Shown here: one piece after another, positions 8,159 through 18,039 of the stretch | How the letters are laid out: each line of letters opens with the position of its first letter | Position numbering within the stretch: the stretch's first letter is position 1 | Virus record (IMG/VR): IMGVR_UViG_3300010213_000001 | Location: 1-64,000 of that record | Direction: 5' to 3' (one strand) | DNA: 64,000 nucleotides | From: a virus | Lineage: Duplodnaviria; Heunggongvirae; Uroviricota; Caudoviricetes | Position numbers and translations under genes: made by a program | The notes under the pieces: generated by a model | The model's database searches: none | What the model saw: the letters and a program-made list of their open reading frames with translations, nothing else | Told to the model about the DNA's origin: nothing

Positions 8159-8872
8159 ATGGAAAATATAAAGGTTAATATAAAATCATCAACTCTTAGT
8201 AAAGCTAAGGCAATTGTACAAGGTGCAGCTAACTTAATACAAAACTCAAATAAAGATATATCTAAAGATAGAATGGATATATGTAAAGGTTGTCCTTTAC
8301 TCAAGTTTACCAATGGTGTACACATATGCGACCCAAGTAAAAAGATTAAAGCAGAAATAAATTGGCTGAATAATTCAAAAGATAATGCGGATGTAAGTGT
8401 AAATGGCTGTAACTGTATACTAGAAAACAAAACTACTGTTGTAGGTTTGGGGCAGACTTGTCCAGCCTTAAAATGGAATCTTACAGACTTACTATACTTA
8501 GCTATAAGCAATAAAGATTATGTATATTTGCAAAATACTAGTAACCTAGATAAGTTCATTGAGTCTATAAAGACTATAGGTTTAGTTATGAGTTGTTATA
8601 ACTTTAATGTTAGTTTAGTCAAAAAACTAATATCACATCAACAACTTGTAAATGTTGGTTATGAATTTAAAGTATTGTCTGATGGGGAGCCTGTGATAGA
8701 ATACCATAAAAATGATAGATCTGTAATCTTATTGGCGTATATAAATGGAGCTTATAGCTTGAGTGTAAACAATAGTATATTAGTATCTAGAGAGCAATCA
8801 CTAACATATAATATTAACGAATTATTAAACACAGTATTAAACCCTACTGGTAACAAAGATAAAGAAGATTAA
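8159..8872 (+). CDS. Cys-rich putative Zn-binding protein
   Basis: RMDICKGCPL...CDP...GCNCILENKT...CPALKW, a pattern typical of crAss-like phages. Confidence 0.7.
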   Translation: MENIKVNIKSSTLSKAKAIVQGAANLIQNSNKDISKDRMDICKGCPLLKFTNGVHICDPSKKIKAEINWLNNSKDNADVSVNGCNCILENKTTVVGLGQTCPALKWNLTDLLYLAISNKDYVYLQNTSNLDKFIESIKTIGLVMSCYNFNVSLVKKLISHQQLVNVGYEFKVLSDGEPVIEYHKNDRSVILLAYINGAYSLSVNNSILVSREQSLTYNINELLNTVLNPTGNKDKED

Positions 8873-8873
8873 T

Positions 8874-9239
8874 ATGAATATATTTATAAATAAAAATAAT
8901 TATATCATAGCCTATGTTAGGCTAGTGTGTTTTGGCTTAGGTATAAAATTAACAGATAGAGAAGAGGCAGTACTAGAAAGTGTAGCTTTTTGTAATAAGT
9001 TTTCTAGAAAAGAGAAGAATAAGCTATGTGATTCATTAGATGTATCAGTCTATAGTGTTGCTAATACCCTTAAATCTTTAAAGACTAAAAAGCTTATTAG
9101 AAGAGTTAATATTGATAAAAGTAATAAGGAAGAAAGAAAAGAATATGGAAGCTACTATTATAGTTGTAATTTTTCTCTTCCTAAGAATATGGAACAACTA
9201 AGTCAAAGTAAAATACAAATAAACTTTGTTACTAAATAG
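8874..9239 (+). CDS. Winged helix-turn-helix DNA-binding protein
   Basis: KLTDREEAVL...KLCDSLDVSVYSVANTLKSLKTKKLI. Confidence 0.65.
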   Translation: MNIFINKNNYIIAYVRLVCFGLGIKLTDREEAVLESVAFCNKFSRKEKNKLCDSLDVSVYSVANTLKSLKTKKLIRRVNIDKSNKEERKEYGSYYYSCNFSLPKNMEQLSQSKIQINFVTK

Positions 9240-9245
9240 AAAAAT

Positions 9246-11750
9246 ATGAAAAAACTAGTTAAGTCTAAAGACTATATAAATAGAAAAGATCAGACGAGTG
9301 ATATTAAGATAGATAAACATACCACCACTACCAGAGATTTAGATTATGAAGAGTTAGAAGATGAAGATGGGAACAGTCTAATATACAAGAATGGAAGAAT
9401 AAGTTCTGAAGCAGGTTCAGGAATAGGATTATTATCTTCATTAGATTATGATGAGTCTTTTGACGAATCAAGCAAGCTAAATGTTAATTATTTAACTAGT
9501 AAAGTAGACTCTATAATTAATGACTTATATAGTCCCAATCAACAAGCTGTTAGATTATTCCAATATTATCATGGTGTTAGAACTGATTCTAAATTTAGTG
9601 AATTAGTTGCTAAAGATGGACTATCTAATCCATTAGATATGGATTTTCTATCTATCATAAAACCTAGAATAAATGTTCTCTTAGGTGTACAGAAAGATCA
9701 TACTATGCAATATACAGTTCAATGTACTGGCAATGATCTTTACTACAAAGAAGAAGAAGAAGAGAAACAAAAATTGTTAAACACTATATTTAACAAAGTA
9801 AGAGAGGAGAATATACGAACTATTAATAAGTTTAACAAAAATGGTTTTAGTCATATTGATTATTATGATAGTAAGCAACTTCAAATGGATAAGAAAACTT
9901 ATCTAGAGGCTACTAAAAGTAAGCCTACACATAATAATAGAACTTCTTTAGAAGAAGAATTGCAAGAGATTATATTATCATATAAAAAGACATTCAAGTC
10001 TACTATACAACAACAATCTGACCTTGTGTTAAAATTAATACAGGATAAAAATAGGTTTGCTAATAAAGTACTTACTTGGTTAAAGTATCTACTCATTTGT
10101 GGTAGAATGTATGGGAGAGCTAACTTTGCTAATAAAGGAGAGATACCAACTATTGAAGTTTTACATCCTTTGTTCGTATTTCATCCTGCTTTAGAAGAAG
10201 GACAACCTGTCTCTGATTGTCCGCAAGCTTACCATATGAGAAGACTATCTAAGATAGAAATACTAAATAGATATGGGCACTTAATGACTAAAGACCAAAG
10301 ACAAGAGTTTATAAGTTGTAATTATAGTTCTAGATGGATTTCTTCTGATACCACATGGGACCCACAAGTAATGCATACATTGTATCCTGATACAGTAGAA
10401 CATATGTATGATACATCTTCGATATACTACAAAGACTATAATAATATTAACGAATCTAAGTTATATTGTAATGTATATGAAGTTGAGTGGATTGAAATGG
10501 TAGAAAAGGAAATTAATGGTAAAACAGTTCTTATACAAGAACTTTATCAAGCAATTAGAATAGGTGGTCCTGGAGGCTTTTATCTAGATATGGGACCAAG
10601 TGATAAAGCAGTTAGAGATATAGACAATCCACTTAAAACTAAGTTGACTATTGAAGGTATGACTATTGCCGATTCTAATCTGTATAACTCAACACTAGTT
10701 GGATCAATAATGCCTACTCAGGACAAGTATGACTATATCAACCTACTAAGAGAAAATTTAATTCATAATGCTCATGTTGGTGGTATTACTATAGATTTAA
10801 ATGTTATACCTACATATCTTGGAGCTACAATACCAGAAAGAATAGATAAGTGGATGGATAATATCAGAGCTGGATTTAATATAGTTAATCCTCTACAAGA
10901 TGGTATGAAGATGGACCCGTCTGGTCACTATGCTACTAAGTCCTTTGACTCCAATCTTAATCCTAATCTTATCCAAGCTTTAGATATGGTTCTAGATAGA
11001 TATGAGCAGAATGCTGGCGATATAACTGGTATAAATAGACAAATGTTAGGACAATTCCAGGAAAGAGATGGTGCAGCTGTAACTAAGCAAGCTCTATCTA
11101 TGGCATCACTACAATCTAAAGAATGGTACTCTTTGTTAGACACATTTGTAGAAATAATATTAACTTCTGCTCTAAATATGTCTAGGATATCTTTAAGTGA
11201 AGGACAAGCATTGTCTTATACGTTAGGTAACAAGAGTGCTTTATTTACAATAAATAAACACTTTAATATAGTTAATTATAATGTTAAAGTTGTTGACTAT
11301 ATGAAGGAGTCTATAAAGTTAGAGAGATTAAGAAGTTTCGTAACACCTTTAATAGAGTCTGCTGGATTATCTAAAGAGGAAGTATTAGAGATTACTGTAG
11401 CAGAGACTGCGCAACAAGCTTACTCTAGATTACAAGATATTATATCTGAACAAAAAGTTAACAAATTATCTCAATCTCAAGCTGAAGTAGAGCAATTACA
11501 AGCTCAACTAGAAGAGCTAAGTAAAGAGATTGAAAAATATAAGAAGATGGAATTAGATATAAAACTGATGGAGCAACAAAGAAAAGAAAGAGAGTTAATG
11601 CAGAGCTCTATTTCTGATTTAGAAAAGAGAAAATTAGAAGAGAGAAAATTAAATGTTAAAGATGAAGCCTATAGAAGAAGAGAAGAGATAGAATTAGAAG
11701 AAGCTAGAGCAGGCGGCAGAGATGTAGAAGTCAAAAATGTAGAAATGTAA
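9246..11750 (+). CDS. Portal protein
   Basis: 834 aa; YYHGVR, IIKPRINVLLG, VYEVEW, ITGINRQMLGQFQERD and a C-terminal coiled coil, as in crAss-like portals. Confidence 0.9.
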   Translation: MKKLVKSKDYINRKDQTSDIKIDKHTTTTRDLDYEELEDEDGNSLIYKNGRISSEAGSGIGLLSSLDYDESFDESSKLNVNYLTSKVDSIINDLYSPNQQAVRLFQYYHGVRTDSKFSELVAKDGLSNPLDMDFLSIIKPRINVLLGVQKDHTMQYTVQCTGNDLYYKEEEEEKQKLLNTIFNKVREENIRTINKFNKNGFSHIDYYDSKQLQMDKKTYLEATKSKPTHNNRTSLEEELQEIILSYKKTFKSTIQQQSDLVLKLIQDKNRFANKVLTWLKYLLICGRMYGRANFANKGEIPTIEVLHPLFVFHPALEEGQPVSDCPQAYHMRRLSKIEILNRYGHLMTKDQRQEFISCNYSSRWISSDTTWDPQVMHTLYPDTVEHMYDTSSIYYKDYNNINESKLYCNVYEVEWIEMVEKEINGKTVLIQELYQAIRIGGPGGFYLDMGPSDKAVRDIDNPLKTKLTIEGMTIADSNLYNSTLVGSIMPTQDKYDYINLLRENLIHNAHVGGITIDLNVIPTYLGATIPERIDKWMDNIRAGFNIVNPLQDGMKMDPSGHYATKSFDSNLNPNLIQALDMVLDRYEQNAGDITGINRQMLGQFQERDGAAVTKQALSMASLQSKEWYSLLDTFVEIILTSALNMSRISLSEGQALSYTLGNKSALFTINKHFNIVNYNVKVVDYMKESIKLERLRSFVTPLIESAGLSKEEVLEITVAETAQQAYSRLQDIISEQKVNKLSQSQAEVEQLQAQLEELSKEIEKYKKMELDIKLMEQQRKERELMQSSISDLEKRKLEERKLNVKDEAYRRREEIELEEARAGGRDVEVKNVEM

Positions 11751-11770
11751 AAAGTAAAATTAATAAATTA

Positions 11771-12601
11771 ATGAAATTACCAGCTAATAGGATACATATA
11801 GATATATATAATATTGATAGTGTTGATAGTATAAAGTTTCTAAAGACCGACAACACTATAACATTAATTAAACTAAATAATAATTTAACTAACAATCTAC
11901 TATCTCAAAGAGAGAAAATAGTTGAAGATGTAATAGGTAATGCCAAATTTAGTGAAGATGATATTCAAGAATTATACACCTCTCTAAAGATAGAGTATAA
12001 AGATATACATGATATAGTAATATCGAGTGTTAGCAAGGTATTTTTTAATGATGTTAAGATGGGGGCTACTGTAAAAGCCCTCACTAACATAAACAACAAA
12101 GATCTTATAGAGTCTTGGAATTTAGTAACTAATGATAATATTCCATCTGGATATATACAGTTATTTAAATATAAGTTTCATGTTACACAATCAAGATATC
12201 AAGATAAGAGACGGGTAGAGAGAATGATAAAAGAATATAAGTTCAGATTAATAGATGAACTTAACGAGCAGATAAAGTGCATGATATACTTAATATATAG
12301 TAAATGTAATAATATTAATGCTCCTTTACTAAAATCTAATGAGATAGACATGATTTATCTTGAAACTCTTTATCAATCAATAAATAATATTGAAGATGTA
12401 CTAGTTCCTGTTGCTATTCCAGGAAAGGCTACTGTATTTATAAAAGAGAGAACCCTATTCAAATCAAAGTATATAAGACATCTAAATGAAGAAGGAATAT
12501 TTAGGATACTATCTATTATAAATAATATAAAACACGGGTACAGAGCAGATTATACTCAAGAAATAAAAGCAAATAAATCAGTTAGAGTTAGAATTGTATA
12601 A
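11771..12601 (+). CDS. Hypothetical protein
   Basis: 276-aa ORF after the portal. Confidence 0.7.
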   Translation: MKLPANRIHIDIYNIDSVDSIKFLKTDNTITLIKLNNNLTNNLLSQREKIVEDVIGNAKFSEDDIQELYTSLKIEYKDIHDIVISSVSKVFFNDVKMGATVKALTNINNKDLIESWNLVTNDNIPSGYIQLFKYKFHVTQSRYQDKRRVERMIKEYKFRLIDELNEQIKCMIYLIYSKCNNINAPLLKSNEIDMIYLETLYQSINNIEDVLVPVAIPGKATVFIKERTLFKSKYIRHLNEEGIFRILSIINNIKHGYRADYTQEIKANKSVRVRIV

Positions 12602-12684
12602 TTCTAGGTAATATAAATTGTTAATTATATTTTCTTTAGTGTTATTTATAAATAAATTCACAACAATAAAATATAAATATAAAT

Positions 12685-14115
12685 ATGCCTAGGTCAAATA
12701 TGAGGTTTGCAGCTAGTTCTGTAGACAAGAATGATAGAATCATAGCTATATTAGAACAGATATATCAAATAATAGGACAAGGTGGTAGTGGGGGTGGCGG
12801 CACACCATCAAATGTTACAGTAGATAACTTCCCTAATGACTATGCGTTAGAGTCCACCCAATTAGACACTGTGTCTAATCTAGCAGATGTACTAACACAA
12901 TTACAAGGAACTATACAAGTAGAAGAGCAGAATCCTATAACAGGATTTAACTTGGAAGCTACCCAACAAGATGTACTAACTGAACTACAGAATCTAATTA
13001 CTGAACTGGAAAAAGCTAAAGACTTTCAACTTGAGACGTTTATAGATACAGGTAACAATAATCAAGTAATTATAAGAAAAGAGGTATTGACAGAGACAGA
13101 TGGATTATATTCTGTTATTTTTACTGATATAGATGGAAACACTTTGGTTCCTACAGGTCCAATACAAACACTAGCTGAGTTAGCATTAAATAATACTGTC
13201 AAAACAGTAGATTTAAATCCATTTGCTCCTCAGAATTTAACAATACCTTTAAATTATTCTGTATATTTTGACAATAATACAACTGGTAGGTATAACATAA
13301 AAAGTGATCAAGGATTTGAGTTTTTGGAAGTGTTTGCTCAAAGTTCTGTTCTTCAAAGTAATACAATTGTAAAACTTTCCAATACTGGAGAACCAATAAT
13401 ATATCAAAGGGTAGCTAGTTCTAATTCTACTGGTTTCTCTATGTTTTTCGATTATACAGATATTAATAGTAATGCAGCTTTAGAATTTAGGATGGAGTTT
13501 GACAATGCTGGAGATTATGTATCTTCCACATTAGAAATCTATGATTATGATATATATGAAGATTATACTTCAGATTTGACATTAACTTATATTCCATCAG
13601 CAACATCTGAGATAGGTGTAAAATTTAATAATAATACTAATGTATTTGAATTATGGGTTGATGGAGGTTTATCTTACTCAAGAGCAATTGATAAAATTAC
13701 TACTCCTTATGAAATAGTTACAATAACTAGCAGAGCAGATAGTAACTTAGCAAATGAGACATTCAAACTATATCAAACAGTATCTAAAAATCATACACCT
13801 ATCTTATTAGATATAAGTAAAAAGAATAGAGTGTCTACCAATAGCTTTACAGATTATAGTGGAACTACATCACTAATTAGTACTCAAATTATTCCTAATA
13901 ATTCTAATAGAAAATATCTATTAATACAAAATGTATCTGATACAGATATATGGGTGAATTTTGGTGCTGTAGCTACAATAGGAGCAGGAAGTATTAAACT
14001 AGTACCTAATGGTCACTATGAGTTATCAGCACAAGCTGGAGGATATATAAACACAGATTTTGTAAGTGTTATATGTTCAGTTGCTGGAAAAGAATTTACT
14101 ATTAAAGAAGCTTAA
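12685..14115 (+). CDS. Putative virion fibre/spike protein
   Basis: Gly linker GGSGGGG, repeated (A/N)LE(S/A)TQ..V helices, C-terminal beta domain NRKYLLIQNVSDTDIWVNFG. Confidence 0.65.
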   Translation: MPRSNMRFAASSVDKNDRIIAILEQIYQIIGQGGSGGGGTPSNVTVDNFPNDYALESTQLDTVSNLADVLTQLQGTIQVEEQNPITGFNLEATQQDVLTELQNLITELEKAKDFQLETFIDTGNNNQVIIRKEVLTETDGLYSVIFTDIDGNTLVPTGPIQTLAELALNNTVKTVDLNPFAPQNLTIPLNYSVYFDNNTTGRYNIKSDQGFEFLEVFAQSSVLQSNTIVKLSNTGEPIIYQRVASSNSTGFSMFFDYTDINSNAALEFRMEFDNAGDYVSSTLEIYDYDIYEDYTSDLTLTYIPSATSEIGVKFNNNTNVFELWVDGGLSYSRAIDKITTPYEIVTITSRADSNLANETFKLYQTVSKNHTPILLDISKKNRVSTNSFTDYSGTTSLISTQIIPNNSNRKYLLIQNVSDTDIWVNFGAVATIGAGSIKLVPNGHYELSAQAGGYINTDFVSVICSVAGKEFTIKEA

Positions 14116-14147
14116 TAAACCTTTAACTAATTAAATTATAAAATATT

Positions 14148-15104
14148 ATGAGTTTATATAATCCACTAGACGCACCAATAAAGGATGCAAACAATGGACT
14201 AAACGTTCAAAACAAGACAGTTAAATTAGGGAGCTCTTTAATAGAGGATACTACAGTTGATGGACAATACTTATTAGATTTAAAGTCTGACCTGAGTAAC
14301 TATATAGGTGGACCATCTGATACAGATGTTGGATTTAGAATAGGAGAAGATGTAGATGGTGGAGAAATAGGAACATCTTTATATGCTTTACACAATCCCA
14401 CATATAACAGAGCTGTAGTACAAGTAGGAATCGATCCTTCTTCTGGTAATGATGCCTATATTAGAAATGTTGTGGCAGATGAAAACATAGGAATAGTAAA
14501 TCTTGGCTTAATTACAACGTCTCAATTAAGATTAACTACAAATCTAGACGCCCAAGTTCAGCTTGGTCATGCTAATTCAGGAGGAGTAGGTAATAAGACA
14601 TTATTTATAAGTCAGACAGATGAAAGTAATTATACTGACAATGACAATGGGGCGGGTCTCTTATACAGAGGCGGGGGATTCTTCACTAGTACAGAGATAG
14701 AAGCTAATTTTATATATTCTGGGCTACTTTTTAATAGTTTAGTGCCTAAAAAGTATGTTGATGATACTATATCTAGTTCTGTAGTATCTGGAGCTATAGT
14801 TGAACAAACCTACACTATAGGAACTACAGTTACTGTAAATAATGATACTACTATTCTATATGTAAATCCCGCATCAACCCAAGCAACTTTGACAATTACA
14901 CTTTCTGCAGCTCCTATAAATGGTCAAGAAGTAAAAATAAGTTTTGGAGGTACATTAACAGCAGGTACAGTAATAACTTCATTAACTATACAAGGAAATA
15001 CTGGGCATACTGTATTAGCTGGTAGTTCAATTACAACAGCTATTGCAGGAGATGGATATATATTCAAATTCCAATCTAGTGCTAATTTGTGGAGAGTGTT
15101 TTAA
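14148..15104 (+). CDS. Putative tail fibre protein
   Basis: NGL...VKLG.SL.EDT, LVPKKYVD and C-terminal ATLTITL.AAP.NGQEV fibre motifs. Confidence 0.7.
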   Translation: MSLYNPLDAPIKDANNGLNVQNKTVKLGSSLIEDTTVDGQYLLDLKSDLSNYIGGPSDTDVGFRIGEDVDGGEIGTSLYALHNPTYNRAVVQVGIDPSSGNDAYIRNVVADENIGIVNLGLITTSQLRLTTNLDAQVQLGHANSGGVGNKTLFISQTDESNYTDNDNGAGLLYRGGGFFTSTEIEANFIYSGLLFNSLVPKKYVDDTISSSVVSGAIVEQTYTIGTTVTVNNDTTILYVNPASTQATLTITLSAAPINGQEVKISFGGTLTAGTVITSLTIQGNTGHTVLAGSSITTAIAGDGYIFKFQSSANLWRVF

Positions 15105-15140
15105 TTATTAAATTTCTAATAAACTAAAATATATAATACA

Positions 15141-15488
15141 ATGAGTTTTCTAACAAATACAAGTAGAGCCAGGATGTATAACAATAATACTACCACTCTG
15201 TCTAATTTTAGGATGGTTAAAGTAGAAACAACAGTTACAAGTGCCTCACATGTAGTAGACTATAGCGCATATGGGTTTAGTACTGTTGCTACTGTAATAC
15301 CAGTAGTTATTAGAAATATAACAAATAACACTCAAGCTAGCTTTGCTACAGTTAAATCTTTCACTAACACGCAAGCAATCATAGTTGTAGCAGAATCTAA
15401 TACATCTGGAGTACTAATAGGAGGAACCACAGAAGGTTTAGAATTAGTAACTGGTGTAAATGTTCACTTAATAATAATAGGAATATAA
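15141..15488 (+). CDS. Small beta-rich putative fibre or structural protein
   Basis: 115-aa Thr/Val-rich ORF in the fibre cluster. Confidence 0.6.
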   Translation: MSFLTNTSRARMYNNNTTTLSNFRMVKVETTVTSASHVVDYSAYGFSTVATVIPVVIRNITNNTQASFATVKSFTNTQAIIVVAESNTSGVLIGGTTEGLELVTGVNVHLIIIGI

Positions 15489-17420
15489 TGGCATATTTAT
15501 CAAACATAACATATAAACATTTCGAAACTCCTGTAAGCTCACTAGGCGATTTACCAGCTCCTGTTGCTGGGGTTATACAGCTAAAAGACAATACTACTTA
15601 TAGGTTTCAAGGATTAGTTAATATAGATAATAATACTATACGGTGCGGAGTATCTAATACATTGATAGGATTCGATAAGTCTGATGATGGTATTATATAT
15701 ACTGGTACAAGTTCTGCTATTGAGGTCACTAATCAAAGTATTACAGTAAGTAATATACTTATTAATATTATAGATGCTTCAGGACAAGGATTCTCTATAA
15801 CTAATAGTACATCGTTCTCATCTCAAATAAGAGAATGTATAATTTCAGGAGCTGGAAAAGCGGGGACTATTAATGGAGGTAATCTAGTAGCCATCAACAA
15901 TAATATTCATGCTTCAGGATATGGATGGGATATCTATGGTACTGTAAACAAATTAGGTATAGCTATAAACTATTTTGAGAATGGAAACAGTACAGAACAT
16001 ATACATCTTGAAACTGGAACATTTAACATTGTTAAGATAATAGATAATGATTTCACTACAAACTCTCCCAATGTAGCTATATCAATAGATAATGATGTGG
16101 TTGTATCTGTTTTAGGGGGAGGTTCTATAACAGGTAATACTTTTAATGGAAGTGGTCAATATATATCAGGTATATCAGAAGTATCTCTAGATTGGATCAT
16201 TGAGAATAATGGAAGGAGAGTATTAAACACTTCTGATACAGTGACACAGAGAAAAGTAAGAAGTGAAGAAGAATTAGATCTATTCTTAGCTCTACCAGAC
16301 CCTACAAAATATTCATATTTATTAGATGCTGAAGAATTTGTTCTTACTTCTCCAATAGTAGTACCTGGAAGTGGTACAAATGGAGGATTAACTTTCTTTG
16401 GGCTGGGTAATAACTTCACAAGGCTAACAACTTCAACTCCAAGTATAAATATGTTTGAGGGTGGAGGAAATCTATTCCTTAATGATATGATAGTTTCTTG
16501 TGAGGGAACTAATTCTAAGGTATTTGGCATCAGCAACAGGATTTGAAGCAGTTGAGGTTATAAATATAAACTTTCAAGATTGTGAGTCTCTTGGATATTT
16601 AGATGGATTTAGACAAGGTTTAATACTTAACGGATTTATGTTAGACGTAAAGGAAGGTCTTGAATTCAGAGGTACTTGGTCTGGAGGTGTTAGGATATCT
16701 GACTCCAGATTCATATTCACGCCAACTACAGGCTCTTATATGTTTAAAGGAGCAGTAGGACAGACTTTTGGTTCTAGATTTATATCTAATGCTAACTCGA
16801 CAATAGGAACAGGTTCAATAGGATATGATTTTACAGAAAGTAATTTTGTTAATGATTCTAACTTCCAACTAATAGATGCTCAATTCAATGGAGCTGGAAC
16901 ATATGTTAATGGCATAACTGCAAGCTCTAGAAAATCATTATGGAGAGATTGTGTTGGAGTAGATGATACCTTTCAAGGATGTGTATATAGAAATACAACT
17001 GACACTCTTACAGATATTACAGCTACTGGAACTTATGCTGAACTAGCAGTGGTAAATAATGTAATAGAAGATGTGCACTTTACATCCCAATCTTCTACTA
17101 ATTTTCATGCTAGGTTAATATCTTCATTACCTATTAATGTTAGAATAGACTTGTTATTAGCTTTACAAGCAGGTAATAATCATGCATTAGAAGTGCAGGT
17201 TAGGAAATATAATTCTACAAATACTACTTTTATTGTGGTAGATAACTTTACAATGACTTCTAATGGAGGAACTTTAGGAACAAGGGTAGAGCCTATATCT
17301 TTAGCTTCATTTACCAGATTAACACAAGATGAAAGAATAAGAGTCTTTGTTAGAAATAATAGTGGTAATACTGATATTTTATGTGAAGCATCTTCTAAAT
17401 TAATCATATCAAAGAGATAA
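15488..17420 (+). pseudogene. Beta-helix tail spike-like gene split by a frameshift near 16520-16530 (ORFs 15488-16546 and 16500-17420)
   Basis: The first frame ends SKVFGISNRI* while the +1 frame continues ASATGFEAVEVIN. The downstream ORF has only a weak GTG start and the same beta-helix composition. Confidence 0.6.
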
Positions 17421-17427
17421 TATAACT

Positions 17428-18027
17428 ATGAAAGTATACAGAAAACATACAGAACCTAATTCTATTCCATATTTAGATAATTGTTACTTAGGTAACTCTC
17501 CACTTACTCCAGAGGATGTAGATGTGACCTCAACTGAATCTTTATTTGCCTTTGTTCCTAGTAATCAAATAGATTACATACAATATAGACAATTTTGTAA
17601 GGAAGAATTGTTACCTAATTGGAATACTATAGACGAATCAGAAAAGATAGAATTGGTAAGACATAATATTGCTCCTGATGAAAATGAAAAGATGTCAAGG
17701 GTTTCTATAGAACAACATAGAATAAATTACTTTGAGATATTAAGATTGGAAAGACAAGCTAGAGCTAATAGATGGGAGAAAGCTAAGAAACATATAGCAT
17801 TTGAGTTTAGATTAAATCTGCTTAATCAGTTGCTTATGTATCAAGATACTAAGCCTTATAAAGATGATTATATTGATGCAGAGCTTCCTTATCTAATACA
17901 TTGGATAGCTTCAGATGCTAATCCAACTTTAGGTATAGACTTTACTACAAATGGATTCAGTTCTAAAACATACTATGATACATCAATACAAACCGTGATT
18001 TTAGATATATTACTAAACAATATATAA
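17428..18027 (+). CDS. Hypothetical protein (possible fibre assembly chaperone)
   Basis: 199-aa ORF directly after the spike gene; role inferred from position. Confidence 0.65.
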   Translation: MKVYRKHTEPNSIPYLDNCYLGNSPLTPEDVDVTSTESLFAFVPSNQIDYIQYRQFCKEELLPNWNTIDESEKIELVRHNIAPDENEKMSRVSIEQHRINYFEILRLERQARANRWEKAKKHIAFEFRLNLLNQLLMYQDTKPYKDDYIDAELPYLIHWIASDANPTLGIDFTTNGFSSKTYYDTSIQTVILDILLNNI

Positions 18028-18039
18028 CTTTTAATTAAA

